From an uncultured Treponemataceae bacterium (GTDB taxonomy: Bacteria > Spirochaetota > Spirochaetia > Treponematales > Treponemataceae): 34,890 nucleotides of DNA. A model generated the notes under the pieces. It made no database searches and was not told where the DNA came from. It saw only the letters and a list, made by a program, of their open reading frames with translations. Made by a program: the position numbers and the translations under genes. Positions within the stretch are counted from its first letter, which is position 1, and every line of letters starts with the position of its first letter. Below, piece by piece: positions 7,140-16,655 of this stretch. The DNA is taken from the NCBI GenBank assembly GCA_964370725.1, contig CAYJLQ010000001.1, positions 1 through 34,890 of the forward strand, written 5' to 3'.

Positions 7140-8429
7140 GTGAGTACACATGAGTATTTAGGGCCAGCAGATCGCCCAAAATTAGGACGTTGGATACCGT
7201 TAAGCTTTCAACATGTTTTTGCAATGTTTGGAGCAACAATTCTTGTTCCATTGTTAACAGGCTTAAGTCCATCTACTGCATTATTTACAGCAGGAACAGG
7301 AACATTGTTGTATATCCTTGTAACAGGAGCTAAGGTTCCAGCTTTCTTGGGATCATCTTTTGCTTTTATTCCAGCACTTATTGGAATATCTAGCACTTAT
7401 GGTATGGCATACGCTTTAGGTGGTGCATTTTGTACTGGTATTTTTTACATGATTGTAGCAAGTATTGTAAGGGTATCAGGTACATCTTGGCTTGATAAAG
7501 CTCTTCCTCCTGTAGTTATTGGTTCTGTAATTATTGTTATTGGTCTTAATTTAGCGCCAACTGCAATGTCATCTGCAATGTATGATGGTAATGGGAATTA
7601 CTCACTTGTGTATCTTTCAATTGCAGCGGTAACACTAGGAATAGCTGTTGTTGCAAGTATTTTCTTAAAAGGCTTTTTTAGCACTATTTCAATCTTAATT
7701 GGTTTAGTTGGTGGATATGTGTTTACTCTTATAATGGGTGCCTTTTTCCCTGCATACGACCTTATTGATTTTACAGTTATAAAACAAGCATCATGGCTTG
7801 GACTACCAACCTTTGCGCTTCCTAAATTTAGCTTTGTGCCAATTCTTACATTTTTAATTGTTTCGCTAGCAACTATTTGTGAGCACTTAGGCGATACTCT
7901 TATTACTTCAAAAGTTGTAGGTAGAGATATTTACAAAGACCCAGGACTTCACCGTACACTTATTGGTGATGGTTTAGCAACAACTTGGGCCTCACTTTGG
8001 GGTGGTCCTCCAAATACAACATACGGGGAAAACATTGGTGTAATGGCTATTACAAAAGTGTATAGCGTATGGGTAATTGGTGGTGCAGCTGTTTTTGCAA
8101 TAATTCTTTCATTTATTCAAAAATTTGGTGCTATTATTCAAACAATTCCAGGGCCTGTTATGGGTGGTATCTCTATGTTACTATATGGTTTAATTGCTTC
8201 AAGTGGATTAAGAACAATAGTAGAAAGTGGAGTTTGCTATAAAGATAAAAGAAATTTAACAATATCATCAGTTGTAATGGTTATTGGTATTGGTGGTGGA
8301 ATGCTTCAATTCAATGTAGGTTCCGACTTTAAATTTTCATTAGGTAGTGTAGCCTTGGCTACTTTAGTTGGGATTCTTCTCAATTTAGTTATACCTAAAA
8401 AAAATGCAGTAATTCCTGAAAAAGATTGA
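7140..8429 (+). CDS. uraA: Uracil permease (NCS2 nucleobase:cation symporter)
   Basis: GTG start after GGAGGG. The PNTTYGENIGVMAITKVYSVWVIGGAA and PGPVMGGISMLLYG blocks closely resemble E. coli UraA. The hydrophobicity pattern suggests 12-14 TM segments. Confidence 0.8.
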   Translation: MSTHEYLGPADRPKLGRWIPLSFQHVFAMFGATILVPLLTGLSPSTALFTAGTGTLLYILVTGAKVPAFLGSSFAFIPALIGISSTYGMAYALGGAFCTGIFYMIVASIVRVSGTSWLDKALPPVVIGSVIIVIGLNLAPTAMSSAMYDGNGNYSLVYLSIAAVTLGIAVVASIFLKGFFSTISILIGLVGGYVFTLIMGAFFPAYDLIDFTVIKQASWLGLPTFALPKFSFVPILTFLIVSLATICEHLGDTLITSKVVGRDIYKDPGLHRTLIGDGLATTWASLWGGPPNTTYGENIGVMAITKVYSVWVIGGAAVFAIILSFIQKFGAIIQTIPGPVMGGISMLLYGLIASSGLRTIVESGVCYKDKRNLTISSVVMVIGIGGGMLQFNVGSDFKFSLGSVALATLVGILLNLVIPKKNAVIPEKD

Positions 8430-8478
8430 TTTTACTACTATACTTCTAAAAAAAAATGGAGTATACTTTAGATGATGA

Positions 8479-8512
8479 GCATATGATTAAAGAGCATACT
8501 TTAATCATATGC
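8479..8512. promoter_or_regulatory. Perfect 14-bp inverted repeat (6-nt loop) ending 4 nt before the nagA Shine-Dalgarno sequence; candidate operator or RNA hairpin
   Basis: GCATATGATTAAAG (8479-8492) and CTTTAATCATATGC (8499-8512) read directly. No T-run follows. The right arm overlaps a direct repeat GAG(T/C)ATACTTTA at 8459-8470 and 8492-8503. Confidence 0.5.
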
Positions 8513-8528
8513 ATCTGGAGGTTATACA

Positions 8529-9695
8529 GTGGAATTATGTTTATATAATGGCACTGTCCTTACTGGTTTTTCAAAGATGGACAACTGTGCTGTATATATT
8601 AAAGATGGAATAATTGCCGATGTTTTTTCTCAAAGAAGATTTGAAAAAAGAACATTTGATGCATCTGTTCGCTTAATAGATGTCAAAGGTGCCTTTATTT
8701 CTCCAGGATTTATTGATACACATATTCATGGATTTAAAGGGAATGGAACTGATAATTGTACTACCGAAGCAATGCTTCAAATGTCAAAAGACTTAGTGCA
8801 ATATGGAGTAACAGGATTTAATCCAACTATGTATCCATCATCTGAAGAAGAGATGATAAAAAATATAAAAGCAATTGTAGCTGCTATGGGTAAAGAAGAA
8901 GGTGCTGAAATAATGGGAATCCATTTAGAAGGCCCCTTCTTTTCGCCAAAAAAACTTGGAGCGCAGCGCCCAGAAACGGTACAAGAAGTAGATCTCGATC
9001 TTATGGAACGGCTGTGGGAAGCTTCAGAAGGTCATATAGTAAATATGACTGTTGCTCCAGAAGTAAAAAAAATGCGCTATCTTGCATTGTCATGTTTACA
9101 AAAGGGGATTGTGTTACAAGCAGGTCATACTGATGCAAATTATGAAAACATGGTAGAGGGAATGCAAGCGGGTATACTTCACTCTACACACCTTTACAAT
9201 GCAATGAGTCAAATGCATCATAGAAACCCAGGTGCAGTTGGTGCAATCCTTATCCATCATGAAATGTCATGCGAAATTGTTGCAGATGGGGTTCATATTC
9301 ATCCCGATCTAATTAAACTTTTAACACGCGACAAGGCATTAGAAAAGATAGTCTTAGTAACCGATGCCTTAACACCGACACAGTCAAATGAAGAAACTCT
9401 ATATGCAAATGGCGATGAAGTTGTGTTTAAAGATGGAAGTTTTCATAAAGTAAGTGATGACGTAATAGCAGGATCTGCGCTAACAATGATAAAAGGTGTA
9501 AACAACTTAGTTAATTGGGGTTTTCCTATTTCTGATGCTGTTAAGCTCGCTACATCAAGTCCTGCATCAATTATGAATTATAAGAAAAAAGGAATGTTAG
9601 TTCCAGGTTTTGATGCAGATATAGTTGTATTTGATAAATATTTTAACACCTTATTAGTTGTAAAAGGCGGAAGTGTTAAAAAAGATATAATGTAA
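8529..9695 (+). CDS. nagA: N-acetylglucosamine-6-phosphate deacetylase
   Basis: GTG start 7 nt after GGAGG. Typical NagA amidohydrolase blocks are present: GFIDTHIHG, GIHLEGPF, AGHTDA, THLYNAM and the C-terminal GxDADIVVFD. Confidence 0.9.
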   Translation: MELCLYNGTVLTGFSKMDNCAVYIKDGIIADVFSQRRFEKRTFDASVRLIDVKGAFISPGFIDTHIHGFKGNGTDNCTTEAMLQMSKDLVQYGVTGFNPTMYPSSEEEMIKNIKAIVAAMGKEEGAEIMGIHLEGPFFSPKKLGAQRPETVQEVDLDLMERLWEASEGHIVNMTVAPEVKKMRYLALSCLQKGIVLQAGHTDANYENMVEGMQAGILHSTHLYNAMSQMHHRNPGAVGAILIHHEMSCEIVADGVHIHPDLIKLLTRDKALEKIVLVTDALTPTQSNEETLYANGDEVVFKDGSFHKVSDDVIAGSALTMIKGVNNLVNWGFPISDAVKLATSSPASIMNYKKKGMLVPGFDADIVVFDKYFNTLLVVKGGSVKKDIM

Positions 9696-9718
9696 GTCAT
9701 AAAATATAAGGAGATACT

Positions 9719-10522
9719 ATGCGACTGATAATTCAAAATGATTATGATAAATGTTCTGTGTGGGCAGCGAACCATATTGCAGCAAGAATTAATGAATCTT
9801 CACCGACAGCAAAAAAACCTTTTGTTCTCGGTCTTCCAACGGGAAGTACTCCCTTGGGTACGTATAAAGCTTTAATTGACTTGTATAAAGCAGGTAAGGT
9901 AAGCTTTGAAAATGTTGTAACATTTAACATGGATGAATATGTTGGGCTGCCAAAAGAACATCCTCAAAGTTATTACCATTTCATGTGGGAAAACTTTTTT
10001 AATCATGTTGATATAAAAAAAGAAAATGTACATATTCTTGATGGTTTAGCTCGAGACTTAGAAGCAGAATGTAATGCATATGAAAAAGCTATTTCAGATT
10101 TTGGCGGAATTGATCTTTTCCTGGGTGGTGTAGGGGTTGATGGCCATATTGCATTTAATGAACCTGGATCCTCTTTAACATCAAAAACTCGTGTTAAAAC
10201 ACTTACAAGAGACACCATTTTGGTTAACTCACGATTTTTCGGTGGTGATATAACACAGGTTCCAACTACAGCCCTTACTGTTGGCGTTGGTACTGTTATG
10301 GCTTCTAAAGAAGTGTTGGTACTAATTACAGGTCATAATAAGGCAAGAGCTTTGTCACATGCTGTTGAACAAGGAATTACACAAATGTGGACAATAAGCT
10401 GCCTTCAAATGCATAGCAAAGCTGTTATTGTTTGTGATGATGATGCAACTGATGAATTAAAAGTTGGAACAGTAAAATATTTTAAGGATATTGAAGCTTT
10501 AAACTTAGATAATGCTCTGTAG
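9719..10522 (+). CDS. nagB: Glucosamine-6-phosphate deaminase
   Basis: [19 protein letters not shown] and [18 protein letters not shown] are hallmark NagB motifs. AAGGAG lies upstream. Confidence 0.93.
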   Translation: MRLIIQNDYDKCSVWAANHIAARINESSPTAKKPFVLGLPTGSTPLGTYKALIDLYKAGKVSFENVVTFNMDEYVGLPKEHPQSYYHFMWENFFNHVDIKKENVHILDGLARDLEAECNAYEKAISDFGGIDLFLGGVGVDGHIAFNEPGSSLTSKTRVKTLTRDTILVNSRFFGGDITQVPTTALTVGVGTVMASKEVLVLITGHNKARALSHAVEQGITQMWTISCLQMHSKAVIVCDDDATDELKVGTVKYFKDIEALNLDNAL

Positions 10523-10538
10523 TTTTTATTAGGCGCAT

Positions 10539-10581
10539 AAAAAAAGGCTATCAGTTCACATTATGTGATGATAGCCTTTTT
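10539..10581. terminator. Bidirectional rho-independent terminator between convergent nagB and the FecR-domain gene
   Basis: AGGCTATCA..TCACA (10545-10560) pairs with TGTGA TGATAGCCT (10564-10577). It is flanked by an A-run upstream and a T-run downstream. Confidence 0.8.
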
Positions 10582-10598
10582 GATTGATAGTATATCAA

Positions 10599-11294
10599 TT
10601 AGTCAGCAGAAAAAGTTACTACTACGCTTGCTGTTTGTAGTACTGGGCTTTTTGCTGAAGTTACTGCATTTAGAGCTGCCGCAGATATAGATGGTAACAT
10701 GTTATCATCTCCTGAAGCGCCTTGACCTAATGAAGCTTGAACCTTATTTAAGAAAGGTTTTCTTGGTGTACCATCAGCTTTTATTTCTGATGAGTTTCCA
10801 GCTGGAACATTAACAGGAAGTCCCTTTGCTCCAGAGAACGCAATTAATCCAGAATTTACAACTATAGTCTCTGTTCCAGAGTCAAAATTTGTTCCACGAA
10901 CAGACGCAGTTGCAACTGGTGTATTTACAACAAAACCAACCCTTTTGTTTTGGGCACTTTTAACATCAGCGTTAATTGAGCCTAAATCAAGAAAAACTTC
11001 TGATTCGTGTGCATCATTGGTTTCTGTTAATTGATCCAGAGTGATGCGTGATAATTGGTTTACAATAATTTTTGATCCTGCCACTTGTAAAACAGCTTGA
11101 GATCTAAAGCCTGTCGAAATAATTAAGCCAGAACTTACTGTGTCTCCAGCTTGTAATGGAGCCCATCCAGATGAAGTTTGTATTTCTACCTTTCCTGATA
11201 CAGATGTAACTGTTCCTTCAAGTGAAAATGCAGCTACGCATGATATGCATAAAACTACAAAAATAAGTAATACTTTTTTTACGTTAAGATTCAT
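10599..11294 (-). CDS. Exported FecR-domain protein
   Basis: ATG 11294 lies 4 nt after GGAGG (11299-11303 on the plus strand) and begins the signal peptide MNLNVKKVLLIFVVLCISCVAAF. The segment GKVE....GW.P...GD.V..G..I.TG..S.A.L...GS.I.V...S is the usual FecR-domain pattern. Confidence 0.7.
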   Translation of the reverse strand: MNLNVKKVLLIFVVLCISCVAAFSLEGTVTSVSGKVEIQTSSGWAPLQAGDTVSSGLIISTGFRSQAVLQVAGSKIIVNQLSRITLDQLTETNDAHESEVFLDLGSINADVKSAQNKRVGFVVNTPVATASVRGTNFDSGTETIVVNSGLIAFSGAKGLPVNVPAGNSSEIKADGTPRKPFLNKVQASLGQGASGDDNMLPSISAAALNAVTSAKSPVLQTASVVVTFSAD

Positions 11295-11356
11295 AAAACC
11301 TCCAAAATGCAATTGCATATATATTTAAATACAAAATACTAAACTTGCTATACCAT

Positions 11357-11385
11357 AATATAACTCGTTGATAAAACTAATTCAA
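11357..11385 (-). promoter_or_regulatory. Candidate promoter for the FecR-domain gene: TTGAAT, 17-nt spacer, TATATT
   Basis: Minus-strand -35 at 11380-11385 and -10 at 11357-11362. The context is AT-rich, so a chance match is possible. Confidence 0.35.
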
Positions 11386-11406
11386 TAAAACAGGTAAATT
11401 AGTTTT
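11373..11406 (-). terminator. Hairpin with a 10-bp perfect stem directly after the upstream beta-barrel-like gene; possible weak terminator or attenuator
   Basis: AAAACTAATT (11373-11382) and AATTAGTTTT (11397-11406) with a 14-nt loop. The stem is A/T-rich. Confidence 0.4.
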
Positions 11407-11411
11407 ATTTA

Positions 11412-12581
11412 TTAAAAAGCAAAAGATAGTTTAACTTCTGCTTTTAAGTTAGGATCAATCCCTTCTTCAGCTGAAAGAAACTGTCCTGCAGAAAATACTA
11501 GTTGTAAATCTGATGTTGCGTTCCAGCGGCTTGATGCTAACCATTGAAAGCCTGCATAGCCCTTGTCTTTTTGTTCATCCATAACATTAAGTAAAACATT
11601 TGGCTCAATTAAGAATAATAAGCTATCAATAGGTCGGAAAGTTGATACTATACCTGTTTTAACATGGCCTGCATATTCTAGTGAATCGTCTAAAGTAGCT
11701 GTATTAACTGTGAATGTTTGGAAATTTGCATTCTCACTTGCGCTTGCAAAAACTGTTTTCCATGAAAGAAGTGATGATGCAAATGGTAAAAATGTTGAAA
11801 GCTCAAATGTAGTTAAATTTGTTGCAGCCCATTCTTCTTGTGTGTCTTGAACTAGCCCAAGTGATGTTGAAAATACATAAAAAAACTTGTCATTTACAAA
11901 AGGTCCTGTTAATGCAGCTGTTGTATAAAGCCTATTATCTGCCACATCTCCATTGCCTACATCAAGTGCTACAAAAATCTCTGCTACTAAGTCTTGGTTT
12001 GCAAAAAGCTGTGGAAACTGTGTTGATACATTCACTAGTATAAAAGGTGCTGCAAATGTATACGCATCTGAAAGAATTTTTTCATTGGGGGCAGCATTTA
12101 TACTTACAGTATGAGCGTTTAATAAACCTGTAAACCCAACATAAGCACTAAGATTCATGCTCGTGCTTGCATAACCTAATTTTACACCATCAGATGCTTG
12201 GCTAAGAATAATTCCAGTTAAATCGCTTATAAAAAAACGTCCAATGTCTAGCCCCATGGATGAATTATCTGTTGTTTGCAATGGAATGCTAAACTTTAAT
12301 AGTTCTAAGTCTACTAGGTGCGTTATTTCAGCATCGGTACTTTCTGATAATGACTTTGAATAACCAAATTCATACGAACCCTTTGTGCTAAAAATTGTTG
12401 TTTTATTGTCTCCTAAAGGTGCGATAAAAGAGAGGCTTAATGCGTCAGTATTTTCTAAAGAAAGTTCATCTGATGGTCCAGTTATATCTACCCCCGCATC
12501 AATGAAGCCTTCCCATGAATAAGCATTAAGCGAAACAACAAACGAAATGATAATAAGAATATGTAAAATATATTTTTTCAT
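11412..12581 (-). CDS. Hypothetical outer-membrane beta-barrel-like protein
   Basis: A signal peptide is present (MKKYILHILIIISFVVSLNAYS). The body shows alternating hydrophobic beta-strand periodicity. The C-terminus KLSFAF ends in an aromatic residue, as in many OMPs. No family recognised. Confidence 0.5.
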   Translation of the reverse strand: MKKYILHILIIISFVVSLNAYSWEGFIDAGVDITGPSDELSLENTDALSLSFIAPLGDNKTTIFSTKGSYEFGYSKSLSESTDAEITHLVDLELLKFSIPLQTTDNSSMGLDIGRFFISDLTGIILSQASDGVKLGYASTSMNLSAYVGFTGLLNAHTVSINAAPNEKILSDAYTFAAPFILVNVSTQFPQLFANQDLVAEIFVALDVGNGDVADNRLYTTAALTGPFVNDKFFYVFSTSLGLVQDTQEEWAATNLTTFELSTFLPFASSLLSWKTVFASASENANFQTFTVNTATLDDSLEYAGHVKTGIVSTFRPIDSLLFLIEPNVLLNVMDEQKDKGYAGFQWLASSRWNATSDLQLVFSAGQFLSAEEGIDPNLKAEVKLSFAF

Positions 12582-12593
12582 GTTTTTTCCTTT

Positions 12594-13109
12594 TTATCGT
12601 GAGATAACTGATTCAAAATCTATTGTAGAAGCTGCTGCAAAAGATTCTAAGTCAATGGTATTGTGTGCTAATGAATAATCAATACAATCTGTCATAATTT
12701 TAAGTGCTTCAAAGCCTGCAATATGGTCATTAGGGAATACTTCTGGCTTAATAAACCCTTTTGCTCGAAGCTCGCGGTATGCATATCTTGGTGCATTAGT
12801 TATTTGAAGCATTATTCCACCTTTGATATTCCAAACCTGAGTACAAAAATAAGCAAAATCAGTGTATGTTAATCCTTCTTCTCTGTTTGTTATTTTTGAA
12901 AGGTCAACATGATTTTCTAATGTAGAAAGCGCAATGTTGTCTTGTGTTTCATCCCCTATAAGGTCTAAGTAGATGGATGCAAAATATGCAATGTCTTCAA
13001 GTGTTATCGTGTCAGTTTCAAGCATTTCTGTTACTTTTTCTGCAGATTGGGCAAAAATCCCTGCGCAAAAAAAAGTAAAAAAGGTTATAAAAATGATAGT
13101 TTTTTTCAT
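12594..13109 (-). CDS. Hypothetical secreted protein
   Basis: Signal peptide MKKTIIFITFFTFFCAGIFAQS. AGGAGA lies upstream. The stop is 12 nt before the next gene's start, suggesting an operon. No family recognised. Confidence 0.5.
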   Translation of the reverse strand: MKKTIIFITFFTFFCAGIFAQSAEKVTEMLETDTITLEDIAYFASIYLDLIGDETQDNIALSTLENHVDLSKITNREEGLTYTDFAYFCTQVWNIKGGIMLQITNAPRYAYRELRAKGFIKPEVFPNDHIAGFEALKIMTDCIDYSLAHNTIDLESFAAASTIDFESVISR

Positions 13110-13153
13110 TATTTCTCCTTTACTATATGTGTTTATATGATATACTATATTAT

Positions 13154-16051
13154 ATGAAAAAGCAACAAAAATTAAATAAAAAGCAAAAGAAATTCTGGAG
13201 AAAGTATCCTGAGTTACTTATTTCAGTTTTTGTTTTTTTGGTTGTAGGTTTTATCTCTCGTATAGGGTGGCTTGATATACTTGAGCTAAAAGCATACGAT
13301 GTTTTACTAAGTGTAAAACCAGATACAGAAGAAAGAAGTGATATCGTTATTGCTGCTATTGACGATGCTGCGATTGCTGTTGAGGGTACCTTTCCTTGGC
13401 CAAGAGATGTTCTAGCAGATGCAATTATTCGAATGAGAGAGCTTGGTGCAGAGCAGGTAAGTTTTGATATTGAGTATTTATCTGAATCTGTTCGAGGTTT
13501 AAATACAAAAGGATATTATGAAGAACTACCTGAAACTCTTGCAAGTGCAGAAGAAGATATAAGCGCAATTTTTTATGATTTTTCCGATGTTATTGCATCT
13601 GGGCAGCTTCCAATTGAATATGTTGGCGAAGTAACACAAGATCTTATTGTTGATGGACTTGTTCCTGCCTTTGATTTACTCGAAAGTGAAATCCAAACAG
13701 AAGTATCTAGAGACAATGACTTGTATTTTGCACAAGCACTTCACTTTTTTGGAAACTCTTGGTTAACTATTAATGCAGGTAACGTTGGTTTAGCTATTAC
13801 AAATAAGGACTATGAACGGTATGTAAGAGAAGAACTATTACTTAGTAATATAACCGAACCTGGTGAAAATGTAATTGCTGAAGAAAATTATCGCTCATTA
13901 CGAGATCATGCCGACCCTTTAGATGAAAAAGACTTACTTGAAGCAATGGAAAATGACTCAAGGGTTCAGCCTGTTAGACAAATGACTCCTGCCATTGAAA
14001 AGTTAATGAAAGCTTCAGACGGGGCAGGGTTTACAAATATTATTCTTGACTCTGACGGTACAAGAAGGCGAGTAGAGCTTTTGCATGAAACAGAGGGAAA
14101 ATACATTGCTCAACTTGTATTTGCTCCACTTTTATACACCTTTGACAGTGACACTCTAGAAAGAACAAATAACTCTCTTATTGTAAAAGATGTTTTATAT
14201 CCAGGGGAAGAAACTCGCCGCGATATAACAATTCCTTTAGATAGCGATGGACGGTTTTTAGTAAACTGGATTTCGGACACATTTCAAGAAAGCTTTAAAA
14301 ATGAATCAGTATTGTTTTTGCACAATATCGATGAAATGGAAGAATCTTTAATTGGCTATTTAACAAGCATTGCAAGTTTTAGATTAGGAACATCTCAAGG
14401 TTTTCTTTCATATTATGATGCTGCAAACTATTTATTATCATTTTACGATGATCTTACAGCAACAAAGAAAATGTTGATGGAAGATATGTCTGTTGAAAAT
14501 ACAAGAAATGATCCTAGATATGATGACTATCTTACCAGGCGCGCAGAGTTTTTTGACTTTTGTTCTGAGCTAAAAAATCCATATTATCAAGATGAAATTT
14601 TTGCTCTTTTGGATAGTATTGTAACAGAAGAAAATATGGTAGAAATGGCTCTGCTAAAAGAAGATATTAGTGAAAAATTTGATGGTTTTGAAACTCAACT
14701 AGATTTATACAATGAGCTGTTTGCATCGCTTAAATCGGTATACGATGGTTCTTTTGTTATAGTCGGTCATACTGCAAGTAACTCTACCGACCTTGGAACA
14801 ACTCCTTTTGAAGGAAAGTACCCGAATGTAGGAACCCACGCTAATATTTATAACACAATAATGAACGAAGATTTTATTCTTCCTATGCCAAGAATTTTTA
14901 CAATTCTATTCTCATTGTTTTTACTCGTTTGTTATGCAATTACAGCAAGCAAAGTTAATACTGGTGCAAGACATGTTTTAGGGGTTATAACAATTTTAAG
15001 CGTTCCAATTGTTGGGGTAGTAAGTATTTATTTTAATGTTTATATAGCTCTTGTATCAACGTTATTCTGTGTTATTTTTGCCTATGTTGGAATCCTCCTT
15101 TGGTATTTCGCTACATCAGAAAGTGATAAAAAACTTTTGAGACAATCATTTGAAACATACTTATCTGATGATGTAGTTGAAGAAATTGTAGCTAGTGGTG
15201 TTAAACCTGAGCTTGGTGGTGAAGAAAGAAATGTTACCGCATTATTCTCCGATATTAAAGCATTTTCATCTTTTTCTGAACAATTATCTGCGACGCAACT
15301 TGTTGATATCTTAAATAATTATCTTACAGCGCTTAGTGATGAAATACTCGATCAACGTGGTACTATCGACAAGTATATTGGGGATGCCATAGTTGCTATC
15401 TTTGGTGCACCTATCCCAATGGAAGACCATGCATGGCGTGCTTGTGTTTCAGCAATACGAATGAAACAAGCAGAGGAATTGGTAAATGCAGACCTTAAAG
15501 AGATAAATGAGCAGCTTGTTGCTGATGGGAAATCTCCTATTGAAATAAAAACTCGAATAGGGCTTAACACTGGCGATATTGTTGTTGGAAACATGGGAAC
15601 TCAAAAAAAGATGAACTACACTATGATGGGTGACGATGTTAACCTTGCCGCTCGCCTAGAAGGTGTAAATAAATCTTACAATTCTTGGATTCTCGTTTCT
15701 GAAACAACATGGGAAGCTGCAAATTCAGGCTCTCATGCAGGAGAACTTTTAGCTCGACGTTTAGATAAGGTGCGGGTAGTTGGGCGAACAACCCCTGTGC
15801 AATTATATAATATTGTTGGTATAAAAGGCGAACTATCAAAGGAACAAATCGAATGTGTTGATATTTTCCATAAAGGCCTAGACCTATATCTTGAGAAAAA
15901 GTTTTCAGAAGCGAAAAAAGTGTTCAAAGAAGCATTAAAAGTGTATGCACACGATGGACCTTCTGAAGCATTTGTTGCAAGATGTGAAGAATTTATTAAA
16001 AAAGGTGTTCCAGAAAATTGGAGTGGAATACTTAACATGACAAGTAAATAA
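13154..16051 (+). CDS. CHASE2 sensor domain / class III adenylate (or guanylate) cyclase
   Basis: An N-terminal TM segment is followed by a long extracytoplasmic region with CHASE2-type blocks (IVIAAIDD....G.FPWPR; VIVGHTASNSTDLGTTPF). Three TM segments come next. The cyclase core has VTALFSDIKAFSS, KYIGDAIVAIFGAP, IGLNTGDIVVGNMG and MGDDVNLAARLE. Start is set at ATG 13154 (MKKQQK...). Confidence 0.85.
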   Translation: MKKQQKLNKKQKKFWRKYPELLISVFVFLVVGFISRIGWLDILELKAYDVLLSVKPDTEERSDIVIAAIDDAAIAVEGTFPWPRDVLADAIIRMRELGAEQVSFDIEYLSESVRGLNTKGYYEELPETLASAEEDISAIFYDFSDVIASGQLPIEYVGEVTQDLIVDGLVPAFDLLESEIQTEVSRDNDLYFAQALHFFGNSWLTINAGNVGLAITNKDYERYVREELLLSNITEPGENVIAEENYRSLRDHADPLDEKDLLEAMENDSRVQPVRQMTPAIEKLMKASDGAGFTNIILDSDGTRRRVELLHETEGKYIAQLVFAPLLYTFDSDTLERTNNSLIVKDVLYPGEETRRDITIPLDSDGRFLVNWISDTFQESFKNESVLFLHNIDEMEESLIGYLTSIASFRLGTSQGFLSYYDAANYLLSFYDDLTATKKMLMEDMSVENTRNDPRYDDYLTRRAEFFDFCSELKNPYYQDEIFALLDSIVTEENMVEMALLKEDISEKFDGFETQLDLYNELFASLKSVYDGSFVIVGHTASNSTDLGTTPFEGKYPNVGTHANIYNTIMNEDFILPMPRIFTILFSLFLLVCYAITASKVNTGARHVLGVITILSVPIVGVVSIYFNVYIALVSTLFCVIFAYVGILLWYFATSESDKKLLRQSFETYLSDDVVEEIVASGVKPELGGEERNVTALFSDIKAFSSFSEQLSATQLVDILNNYLTALSDEILDQRGTIDKYIGDAIVAIFGAPIPMEDHAWRACVSAIRMKQAEELVNADLKEINEQLVADGKSPIEIKTRIGLNTGDIVVGNMGTQKKMNYTMMGDDVNLAARLEGVNKSYNSWILVSETTWEAANSGSHAGELLARRLDKVRVVGRTTPVQLYNIVGIKGELSKEQIECVDIFHKGLDLYLEKKFSEAKKVFKEALKVYAHDGPSEAFVARCEEFIKKGVPENWSGILNMTSK

Positions 16052-16143
16052 ATGACATTTGATTGTCATAGCTCGCTGTGCACCCTGCTTTAAGAAGCGT
16101 AGCGAGTAAGAAAAACAAGTCCTTGCCAGTAAAACGTATCGGC

Positions 16144-16554
16144 TTACCATATTTTTGAGCGTAATTGCTTAATTTGTGCGGTAAGCCGTTTTTTTTGTAA
16201 GCGTTTTTCGTTTATTGCCTTTGGTATTTTTGTTTTTTTTCGCTGTGGTACTATTTTACCTGCAGTAGTTATTTTTGATTCAATTAATTGTAATGCTATT
16301 TTTCTATTTAAGTCTTGCTTGCGTTCTTGTTGTACCGAGACAAAAAAGTCACCGTTTTTATTAATATGTGATGCTAGGCGGCTTCTAATTTGAATGCGTT
16401 CGCTTTCTGTTAATCCTTCTATAGCGTCGAGTGGAATGCTTGCAAAAACCTTTGTATTTACCTTGTTTACATTTTGCCCACCCTTTCCGCTTGAACGCGA
16501 AAAGCTACATTGAGTAAGTTTTTCTATAGATTCATGTATTAATGCTTTATTCAT
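16144..16554 (-). CDS. arfB: Alternative ribosome-rescue factor ArfB (peptidyl-tRNA hydrolase, RF-1 domain protein)
   Basis: SSGKGGQNVNKVNTKV contains the GGQ motif, and the C-terminal tail is basic (KKTKIPK..KRLQKKR). Start is set at ATG 16554 (MNKALIH...), giving about 136 aa. Confidence 0.8.
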   Translation of the reverse strand: MNKALIHESIEKLTQCSFSRSSGKGGQNVNKVNTKVFASIPLDAIEGLTESERIQIRSRLASHINKNGDFFVSVQQERKQDLNRKIALQLIESKITTAGKIVPQRKKTKIPKAINEKRLQKKRLTAQIKQLRSKIW

Positions 16555-16655
16555 AGTTGTTACTATGATTGTAATAAAAATTGTGTTTATGTGCAATACT
16601 TTTCTATATATGTGTCGTTTTTCTCTAACAAGTGTGTTTTTTACGTACTAACCAC

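Noticed and set aside
8456-8548. 30-codon ORF (MEYTLDDEHMIKEHTL...) upstream of and overlapping the nagA start
   Set aside because: It follows an A-run with no SD. Its internal peptide repeat is just the translation of the DNA direct repeat. It is more economically explained as regulatory DNA or RNA structure.
16052-16143. 92-nt convergent intergenic region checked for tRNA, sRNA or a terminator
   Set aside because: It holds only two weak 6-bp stems, ATGACA..TGTCAT and CTCGCT..AGCGAG with a 24-nt loop. There are no T-runs and no cloverleaf.
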